From positions 1 to 5,291 of the IMG/VR virus record IMGVR_UViG_3300017613_000242: 5,291 bases of DNA; one strand, 5' to 3'. This document shows positions 1 to 5,260 of the stretch, piece after piece (the first letter of the stretch is position 1; every line of letters starts with the position of its first letter). Below the pieces are notes generated by a model. It worked only from the letters and a program-made list of their open reading frames with translations, was not told the origin of the DNA and ran no database searches. The DNA is from a virus. A program made the translations under genes and the position numbers.

Positions 1-90
1 GAAAACGAAAAAAGAAACCTAAAGAGAAGAGAAAGGCTTGAAAAACTATACGGAGAGCCAACGCTGAAGAACAATGTCGGAAAGGGGTAG
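1..90 (+). CDS. VP4: Redundant copy of the 3' end of the replication initiator gene (equals 5171..5260); 5'-truncated by the window edge
   Basis: Same sequence and frame as the last 30 codons of ORF 4274..5260 (...ENEKRNLKRRERLEKLYGEPTLKNNVGKG*), with stop TAG at 88..90. Confidence 0.9.
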   Translation, partial: ENEKRNLKRRERLEKLYGEPTLKNNVGKG

Positions 91-110
91 CTACGTCGCT
101 ACGCGCACGT
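84..110 (+). other. GC/CpG-rich palindromic island with a tandem GCTACG motif and a small stem-loop; candidate origin, nick or recombination element (second copy at 5254..5280 because of the overlap)
   Basis: GGGGTAGCTACGTCGCTACGCGCACGT has 18 of 27 G+C and 5 CpG within 16 nt, on a strand that is otherwise A-rich and C-poor. GTAGC (87..91) pairs with GCTAC (98..102) around loop TACGTC. GTAGCTAC (87..94) is a perfect palindrome. GCTACG occurs twice (90..95, 98..103). ACGT (93..96) can alternatively pair with ACGT (107..110). The element overlaps the rep stop codon and is followed by an A8 run. Confidence 0.5.
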
Positions 111-123
111 TAAAAAAAAGAGG

Positions 124-156
124 TTTAGGAAAATAAAAAAAAAATTAGTAAGTTAG
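124..156 (+). promoter_or_regulatory. Weak candidate Bacteroidota-type promoter (-33 TTTG-like / -7 TAnnTTTG-like)
   Basis: TTTA (124..127) and TAAGTTAG (149..156) are separated by 21 nt. This resembles the Bacteroides consensus TTTG-N19-21-TAnnTTTG with one mismatch in each element, about 13 nt upstream of the ATG at 169. It rests on by-eye motif matching in A/T-rich sequence. Confidence 0.15.
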
Positions 157-168
157 CAAAAAAGAAAA

Positions 169-339
169 ATGAAAATACTAAAGAAAATAACAGAAATACC
201 AAACAGAGTAATAAAGATTATAAGACTTATAATCAAAATAATAGTGTTTATACTACAAGCATATGAGGAATCGGAACTACCAGAGCGTAAAAAAAGCAAT
301 AAAAGATTACAAAGAAAAAACAGGGATGAACCCATTTAA
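169..339 (+). CDS. Hypothetical 56-aa protein (not in the supplied ORF track, which seems to cut off at 60 aa) with a cationic amphipathic/hydrophobic helix and a basic C-terminal tail
   Basis: My manual translation is MKILKKITEIPNRVIKIIRLIIKIIVFILQAYEESELPERKKSNKRLQRKNRDEPI*, with stop TAA at 337..339. It is on the same strand as all other genes. The ATG follows an A-rich leader (gcaaaaaagaaaaATG) similar to those at 805, 2867 and 3327, and it is the first ATG after the in-frame stop at 154..156. It fills an otherwise non-coding gap. The ORF is short and its composition is biased, so coding is uncertain. Confidence 0.45.
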   Translation: MKILKKITEIPNRVIKIIRLIIKIIVFILQAYEESELPERKKSNKRLQRKNRDEPI

Positions 340-344
340 ACACG

Positions 345-554
345 ATGAAGAAGAGATGGCCAAACTCAGAATGGAAGACAGAGATACTATGCGTAGACGT
401 AGAAACAGGAGAGATCATAACAAAGAATAGAATTGAAAACGGAGAGTACATAAAAATTAACCAAACAACTAAATTTACAAAAGATGGAAACTACAACGTT
501 AGAGAGATCACAAAAGAATGCGAAAAAAGTAAACAACAAAGGTTATTTAAGTAA
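345..554 (+). CDS. Hypothetical 69-aa protein
   Basis: The ORF is on the coding strand. Its sequence (MKKRWPNSEWKTEILCVDVETGEIITKNRIENGEYIKINQTTKFTKDGNYNVREITKECEK...) is compositionally diverse (W, P, C, G, Y, V, D) and not low-complexity. It starts 6 nt after the stop of ORF 169..339. I recognise no motif. Its last 71 nt overlap the next ORF. Confidence 0.55.
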   Translation: MKKRWPNSEWKTEILCVDVETGEIITKNRIENGEYIKINQTTKFTKDGNYNVREITKECEKSKQQRLFK

Positions 555-801
555 AGAAGAAATCGATGACAGAACGGAGTTAATACAAAAAGAAGAAATA
601 AAAGACAGCCCATTTACAATTATAACAATTAAAGAAGAAAGCTTCGGAGTAATGGGGGGATATAGACTGACAGAAACAGCACAAACAAAAGAAGAAATAA
701 GAGAACAGTTAGAGAAGATTACATGGAATAGAATAGTACAGGTAATGATGATACTAGAAAAAATCAAAGAAGAAAATAAATTAACACAAAAAAACGACTA
801 A
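484..801 (+). CDS. Hypothetical 105-aa protein directly upstream of the capsid gene
   Basis: The ORF ends 3 nt before the VP1 ATG. The core SPFTIITIKEESFGVMGGYRLTE...TKEEIREQLEKITWNRIVQVMMILEK has an alternating hydrophobic pattern like a small folded domain. I have a vague, unverifiable memory of similar 'PF.I....g....G.y.lt....t.eEa...l....W..i' small proteins in Bacteroidota phages. The only ATG upstream of that core is at 484, so the overlap with 345..554 is probably real. Confidence 0.6.
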   Translation: METTTLERSQKNAKKVNNKGYLSKEEIDDRTELIQKEEIKDSPFTIITIKEESFGVMGGYRLTETAQTKEEIREQLEKITWNRIVQVMMILEKIKEENKLTQKND

Positions 802-804
802 AAG

Positions 805-2856
805 ATGAAAACAACAATTGGAGGAGACCGACTGGGGTCAGGTAACAAGCAAGAAGTAAGCTTAAGAAATTATAATAGAAGTACGCACGACCTGAGTTAT
901 GTGTGGCGAAGTAGTATGAGTAGTGGAACATTAGTACCGTTCATGAGTGAATTAGCCTTGCCAGGCGATAGTTGGGATATAGACCTAGAGTGTGATGTAA
1001 AAACATTACCAACAATAGGACCATTATTTGGAAGCTATAAAGTTCAATTAGATGTATTCGAATGCCCGATAAGATTATATAACGGGAAATTACATATGAA
1101 TATGTTGAATATTGGTATGGATATGAGTGAAATACACCTACCACAGATGAAGGTGTTAGCAAACTATGATCCAGCACAATTAGATGAAAACAGCCAAGTA
1201 AACCCAAGCAGTATATTATCGTACTTAAATGTACGAGGATGTGGAAGAACGGAAGATGGAACGGAAGGAAATATTGAAAGAGAATTCAATGCAGTACCAT
1301 ATTTAGGGTACTGGGAAATATTTAAAAATTATTACAGTAATAAAATGGAAACAGATGCTTATGTAATACATCAAGCAGACCAGAGTAATGAATGGAAAAT
1401 AGCAAATGTAGCACTTGTAAAAGATGGAACATCATTAGGAGATATTGGTCCAGCAGGAAGTGGAATAACAACAAATACAGAAACAGGAGAAGTAAGTTTA
1501 ATATATGCAATAGTATGGGATAATGATAGTGACCCATGGGGAGCAGTAAATAAAGATGATATAAAAATTGAAATAGACGGAAACTACCCAATAAACGTAA
1601 ATAGCATATTCGATAATGCAGTATGGGCAGAAACAGCGATACCAAATGTATATACATTAACATTTAGTGGAGGATATGGAGGTCCAAGTGGAAACGTAGA
1701 GTTTGATGCAACAGCACAAACATTAATTGAAAATACAGAAGCACAAGGAAGTGGATTACCTCAGCTTAAAAAGTTTAGATTAACAAATATAGACGATATG
1801 AGAGAGGATATACTACAAGCAACAGGAGCTGCAACAGCGTTTGAAGTAGATTATACAAGTCAAGCACCATACGGATTCGCGTTAGATACACTAAACGGAG
1901 CAGCAACAGGAGATTATGAAAATGCATTCTGTAAATCAAATCAGGAAGGACTAGCGTTAAAAACATATCAAAGTGATCTATTCAATAATTGGATTAGTAC
2001 AAAATGGATAGAAGGAACAGATAGTGTAAGTGAAGTAACAGCAATTGACACAAGTGGAGGAGATTTTACGATTGATACGTTAAATCTAAGTCAGAAAGTG
2101 TATAACATGCTAAATAGAATTGCAGTAAGTGGAGGAAGCTACGATGATTGGTTAGATGCGGTATACACGCATGAAAGAGCAAAGAGTGTAGAAAGCCCAG
2201 TATATCATGGAAGCTTAATTAAAGAGCTAGGATTCGAAGAAGTAGTAAGTAATGCAGATACGCAGACAACAACGGAAACAGGACTGAATACACAGCCATT
2301 AGGAACACTAGCGGGAAGAGGAAGATTATCAGGTAAGAATAAAGGAGGTAAGATTAAAATCAAAGTAAACGAACCGAGTTATATTATAGGGATAATAAGC
2401 TTAACACCAATTTTGGATTACAGTCAGGGAAATAAATGGGACATGAGTTTAAAAACGTTAAATGACCTACATAAACCGGCATTAGATGAAATAGGATACC
2501 AATCGTTATTAACAGACCAAATGGGATGGTTCGATACAACAGTAGACAACAATGATAACATGAAGGTAGAATATAACGAAGTGGGGAAACAGCCAGCATG
2601 GATAAACTACATGACAAATGTGAACCAATGTAAAGGAAACTTTGCAATAAAAGAAAAAGAGATGTTTATGACACTGAATCGAAGATATGAACAAGGAACA
2701 ACAGGGATTGAAGATGTAACAACATATGTAGACCCTAGTAAGTTTAATAATATATTCGCAGAGACAGCAATAGATAGTCAAAACTTTTGGGTGCAAATTG
2801 GAAACAATATTACAGCAAGAAGAAAAATGAGTGCTAAAATAATTCCTAACTTATAA
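805..2856 (+). CDS. VP1: Major capsid protein, Microviridae VP1 / phiX174 F family
   Basis: This is the largest ORF (683 aa). It carries characteristic microvirus capsid blocks. These are THDLSYVWRSSMSSGTLVPF (aa 27-46, nt 883..942), GPLFGSYKVQLDVFECPIRLYN (aa 72-93, nt 1018..1083) and YLGYWEIFKNYYSN (aa 166-179). Further blocks are PLGTLAGRG (aa 498-506), EPSYIIGIISLTPILDYSQG (aa 523-542), KQPAWINYMTNVNQCKGNF (aa 595-613) and a C-terminal FNNIFAETAIDSQNFWVQ...ARRKMS. Confidence 0.96.
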   Translation: MKTTIGGDRLGSGNKQEVSLRNYNRSTHDLSYVWRSSMSSGTLVPFMSELALPGDSWDIDLECDVKTLPTIGPLFGSYKVQLDVFECPIRLYNGKLHMNMLNIGMDMSEIHLPQMKVLANYDPAQLDENSQVNPSSILSYLNVRGCGRTEDGTEGNIEREFNAVPYLGYWEIFKNYYSNKMETDAYVIHQADQSNEWKIANVALVKDGTSLGDIGPAGSGITTNTETGEVSLIYAIVWDNDSDPWGAVNKDDIKIEIDGNYPINVNSIFDNAVWAETAIPNVYTLTFSGGYGGPSGNVEFDATAQTLIENTEAQGSGLPQLKKFRLTNIDDMREDILQATGAATAFEVDYTSQAPYGFALDTLNGAATGDYENAFCKSNQEGLALKTYQSDLFNNWISTKWIEGTDSVSEVTAIDTSGGDFTIDTLNLSQKVYNMLNRIAVSGGSYDDWLDAVYTHERAKSVESPVYHGSLIKELGFEEVVSNADTQTTTETGLNTQPLGTLAGRGRLSGKNKGGKIKIKVNEPSYIIGIISLTPILDYSQGNKWDMSLKTLNDLHKPALDEIGYQSLLTDQMGWFDTTVDNNDNMKVEYNEVGKQPAWINYMTNVNQCKGNFAIKEKEMFMTLNRRYEQGTTGIEDVTTYVDPSKFNNIFAETAIDSQNFWVQIGNNITARRKMSAKIIPNL

Positions 2857-2866
2857 AAAAAAAGAA

Positions 2867-3220
2867 ATGTATAAAAAAGCAAAATACAACAAAACACAAC
2901 TAAAAAGTGTAGAAAAATTAGAGGGTGAGCCTCTAGAGTGGAAAATCGAAAGAATAGTAAGCAATAAGGAACCGATTACAGACGGGGCACCTGAGATATT
3001 CACAGAGCGAAAAGATGGAGTAGGAGCAGCGTATAATATTCGGACGGATAGATGGGAAATAGCAGCAGAGGCTATGGATCATGTAAGTGGTACAGTGAAA
3101 GCTAAAAGAGAAGCCAGAGCAGAAAAAAGAAAAGATAAAAAAGAAGCAAAGGTAGTAGAAATGAAACCTGAAAAAGAGGTAGATAGCGGAGCTAAGTCAA
3201 CAGAAGGCACCAATGATTAA
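2867..3220 (+). CDS. Conserved-looking 117-aa small protein with a highly charged K/E-rich C-terminal tail; possible internal scaffolding or capsid-associated protein
   Basis: The ORF starts 10 nt after the VP1 stop, behind an A9 tract (ataaaaaaaaagaaATG). The block EGEPLEWKIERIVSNKEPITDGAPEIFTERKDGVGAAYNIRTDRWEIAAEAMD resembles, from memory, a small ORF family seen next to VP1 in Bacteroidota-type microviruses. The tail is KAKREARAEKRKDKKEAKVVEMKPEKE. Coding is likely; the functional label is inference only. Confidence 0.8.
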   Translation: MYKKAKYNKTQLKSVEKLEGEPLEWKIERIVSNKEPITDGAPEIFTERKDGVGAAYNIRTDRWEIAAEAMDHVSGTVKAKREARAEKRKDKKEAKVVEMKPEKEVDSGAKSTEGTND

Positions 3221-3225
3221 ATAAG

Positions 3226-3249
3226 AAGTGGGGGAGAAATCCCCTACTT
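3226..3249 (+). terminator. Stem-loop directly after the stop of ORF 2867..3220; candidate intrinsic terminator or ssDNA structural element
   Basis: AAGTGGGGG (3226..3234) pairs with CCCCTACTT (3241..3249). That gives 9 bp including one G:T(U) wobble at 3230:3245 and four consecutive G:C pairs, with loop AGAAAT. It is followed by ATTTGG, so the T-tract is short. Confidence 0.35.
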
Positions 3250-3326
3250 ATTTGGAAGGGTGGTACGCATCTGTACTTATATATCAAGGAAATATAAACG
3301 CTTTGTAAAAGCGCGAAAAAAAAGAA

Positions 3327-3530
3327 ATGATGAAGATAGTAGCAGAAAAAGAAGTGATGACAATAGAAATAATAAAAAAAGGAATAGTAGAAAATATAGG
3401 AATAATACAAGACATAGGATGTATGGATGGATATACAGGAGATATGTACAAAAACTATAGATTAATAAAAGCAACAGAGAAGATACAAATGTATCTAAAA
3501 GAGGTAGAACTAATTAAAAAAGAGAAATAA
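3327..3530 (+). CDS. Hypothetical 67-aa protein, likely translationally coupled to VP2
   Basis: The start has the typical leader cgaaaaaaaagaaATGATG. The stop overlaps the VP2 start in a TAATG arrangement (TAA 3528..3530, ATG 3530..3532). The sequence MMKIVAEKEVMTIEIIKKGIVENIGIIQDIGCMDGYTGDMYKNYRLIKATEKIQMYLKEVELIKKEK is diverse with helical hydrophobic periodicity. I recognise no family. Confidence 0.7.
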   Translation: MMKIVAEKEVMTIEIIKKGIVENIGIIQDIGCMDGYTGDMYKNYRLIKATEKIQMYLKEVELIKKEK

Positions 3531-4273
3531 TGGCAATAGGAATGGCAGGAGCAACAATGGCTGCAGCAGGAGTAGGAGCAGCAATGACAGGTGTAGGAAT
3601 GGGAGTGCAAAACAAACGCAATCAAAAAGCGTATGAACAAACTCAAAAACTACAACAACAACAGTATCAAAATCAAATGGGATTAAACCTACAAGGATAT
3701 AACCTACAGAAACAAATGTGGGATTATACAAACTATGGAAACCAAATGAAGCATATGAGAGACGCGGGATTAAACCCAAGCCTAATGTATGGAATGAAAG
3801 GTGGAGGTGGAGCAACTACAGGTAGTCAAGGAGGAGGAAGTGCAGCAGGAGCTCAAGCACCAAGTCAACCAAATGTAGATATGAACACAGCAATGATGGG
3901 AATGCAAATGAAATTAATGCAAGCACAAGCAGATAACTTGGATGCAAAAACTGGAAACGAGAAAGAAGGTGTAGCAAACAAATTAGCAGCAGAAGCAAAA
4001 GCACTATTAGAAAAAGCAAATGTAAGCGCAAAAGAAGCATTAAAAAAAGTAAGTGAAACAGAATACCAAAATATAGTAAATGAAATTAGAGGATTAGATG
4101 AAGAATATTTGAAAAAATATAATATATCAGAAACAGAAGCACCATTAATAAAACAATTAAAAGGGGTAGGAATGGAAATGAAAGATATAGTAGAAATGTT
4201 TGCTAAAGATGGATTTAAAGTAATAATGGAAACATTATTCCCAAATGTAGATAGATACTTAGAAACGCTATAA
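3530..4273 (+). CDS. VP2: DNA pilot / minor capsid protein, Microviridae VP2 (phiX174 H-like)
   Basis: It has a Gly/Ala/Met-rich hydrophobic N-terminus (MAIGMAGATMAAAGVGAAMTGVGMGV), then a Q/N-rich segment. The motif AGLNPSLMYG (aa 79-88, nt 3764..3793) is the conserved 'aGLNP.lmyg' signature I associate with microvirus VP2. A Gly/Ser-rich linker and a long predicted helical C-terminal half (KLAAEAKALLEKANVSAKEALKKVSETEYQNIVNEIRGL) follow. It sits between the capsid module and rep, as is usual. Confidence 0.9.
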   Translation: MAIGMAGATMAAAGVGAAMTGVGMGVQNKRNQKAYEQTQKLQQQQYQNQMGLNLQGYNLQKQMWDYTNYGNQMKHMRDAGLNPSLMYGMKGGGGATTGSQGGGSAAGAQAPSQPNVDMNTAMMGMQMKLMQAQADNLDAKTGNEKEGVANKLAAEAKALLEKANVSAKEALKKVSETEYQNIVNEIRGLDEEYLKKYNISETEAPLIKQLKGVGMEMKDIVEMFAKDGFKVIMETLFPNVDRYLETL

Positions 4274-5260
4274 ATGTGCCTATATCCAAGACTAATAAAA
4301 AACAGGAAATATATAGCAAATAAGAAAAACGGGGGGGTAATACCTCCCGTATATGATGAAAGAGTACTACAAGTACCAGTAGGGTGCGGGAAATGTATGG
4401 AATGTAAGAAACAAAAAGCAACACAATGGAGAGTAAGATTACAGGAGGATCTAAGAGTAAATAAAAACGCAAAGTTCGTAACGTATACGTTTAGCGAACA
4501 TGAACTACAAAAATTAGATAATGAAATAACAAAATTAACAGGATATAATAGAGATAATGAAATATGCAGAATAGCTGTTAGAAGATATACAGAAAGATGG
4601 AGAAAAAAGTACGGAAAAACATTAAGACACTGGCTAGTAACTGAATTAGGGTCCACAAGTACAGAACGAGTGCATATACATGGTATAGTATGGACCCAAG
4701 AATTAAAGGATATAACAAAAATTTGGAAATACGGGAAAGTATGGATAGGACAATATGTAAACGAGAAGACAATTAATTATATAGTAAAATACGTTAATAA
4801 AATAGATAAATATCATAAAGAATATAACAGTAAAATATTCACAAGTAAAGGAATAGGTAAAAGTTATATCCAAAGGAAAGATAAAGAAAGAAATAAATAT
4901 AAACAAGGTGAAACAATAGAAACATATAAAACAAAGGATGGAAGTGAATTAGCATTACCAATATATTATAGAAACAAAATATATACAGAGGAAGAAAAAG
5001 AAAAAATGTGGTTAGAAAAATTGGATAAGCAAGAGAGGTGGGTAAATGGAGTAAAAATAGATATAAGCATAGATGATAAAGAGTACTTCAAAGTACTAAG
5101 AAAGGCAAGAAATAAGAATAAACGAATGGGATATGGAGACAATGCAAAGAACTGGGAGCAGAAAAAATATGAAAACGAAAAAAGAAACCTAAAGAGAAGA
5201 GAAAGGCTTGAAAAACTATACGGAGAGCCAACGCTGAAGAACAATGTCGGAAAGGGGTAG
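4274..5260 (+). CDS. VP4: Rolling-circle replication initiator, HUH endonuclease, Microviridae VP4 (phiX174 A-like)
   Basis: It has the typical N-terminus MCLYPRLIKN and a Cys cluster CGKCMEC (aa 38-44, nt 4385..4405). RCR motif 1 is FVTYTF (aa 68-73, nt 4475..4492). The HUH motif is HIHGIVW (HIH at nt 4673..4681). The two-tyrosine motif YIVKYVNK (aa 169-176, from nt 4778) is nearly identical to the phiX174 gpA active site Y.AKYVNK. The ATG directly abuts the VP2 stop (TAAATG, 4271..4276). Confidence 0.97.
   Translation: MCLYPRLIKNRKYIANKKNGGVIPPVYDERVLQVPVGCGKCMECKKQKATQWRVRLQEDLRVNKNAKFVTYTFSEHELQKLDNEITKLTGYNRDNEICRIAVRRYTERWRKKYGKTLRHWLVTELGSTSTERVHIHGIVWTQELKDITKIWKYGKVWIGQYVNEKTINYIVKYVNKIDKYHKEYNSKIFTSKGIGKSYIQRKDKERNKYKQGETIETYKTKDGSELALPIYYRNKIYTEEEKEKMWLEKLDKQERWVNGVKIDISIDDKEYFKVLRKARNKNKRMGYGDNAKNWEQKKYENEKRNLKRRERLEKLYGEPTLKNNVGKG

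Larger units (their letters stand above)
1..121. repeat. Terminal direct repeat caused by assembly overlap of a circular genome; identical to 5171..5291, giving a 5170-nt unit genome
   Basis: Read base by base, 1..121 (gaaaacgaaaaaagaaacct...cgcacgttaaaaaaaaga) is identical to 5171..5291. The repeat begins and ends exactly at the window edges. It cuts through the 3' end of the rep ORF, which is typical of a circular contig with overlap. Confidence 0.96.

Noticed and set aside
1-121. The terminal repeat as a biological direct terminal repeat, LTR or mobile-element end
   Set aside because: It coincides exactly with the window ends and bisects the rep gene, and Microviridae genomes are circular. 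It is therefore an assembly overlap, not a physical repeat.
523-528. The A6 run as a programmed frameshift site fusing ORFs 345..554 and 484..801
   Set aside because: The fusion would need a +1 (or -2) shift, not the common -1 slippage. I see no heptameric slippery site or downstream structure. I kept it only as a sequencing-error check within the overlap finding.
3254-3262. GGAAGG directly before the GTG at 3260 as a Shine-Dalgarno for the basic ORF
   Set aside because: There is zero spacing between the motif and the start codon, and no other gene in the genome uses an SD.
3252-3285. Sigma70-like promoter (TTGGAA at 3252..3257 with TATATA-like -10 at 3278..3283)
   Set aside because: The spacing is about 20 nt, which is too long. 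The -10 lies in generic A/T sequence. The likely host group does not use the sigma70 consensus, and there is no exact TAnnTTTG motif here either.
153-3815. All other minus-strand ORFs in the track (153..335, 248..451, 543..767, 941..1207, 1322..1663, 1775..1966, 2384..2647, 2509..2796, 3192..3410, 3277..3474, 3455..3646, 3510..3815, and 3816..4040, 4215..4472, 4578..4772, 4703..4906, 4966..5244 further on)
   Set aside because: They have the same F/L/S/I/Y/C-rich composition expected from translating the complement of an A/G-rich strand. All are antisense to better ORFs. Microviridae transcribe one strand only.
3865-4656. A 263-aa minus-strand ORF spanning the VP2/rep junction; the third-longest ORF in the window
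   Set aside because: It lies antisense to two confidently identified genes. The product is low-complexity F/L/S/I/C-rich with no recognisable motif. Its length follows from the purine-rich + strand, because TTA/CTA/TCA triplets, which read as stops on the complement, are rare there.
4274-5260. A phiX174-type origin (CAACTTGATATTAATAAC-like) inside the rep gene, or an internal A*-like start
   Set aside because: I found no convincing match by eye, only generic A/T-rich strings such as acgttaataaaatag near 4791. Internal Met codons have no distinguishing leader. A proper motif search is needed to assess this.
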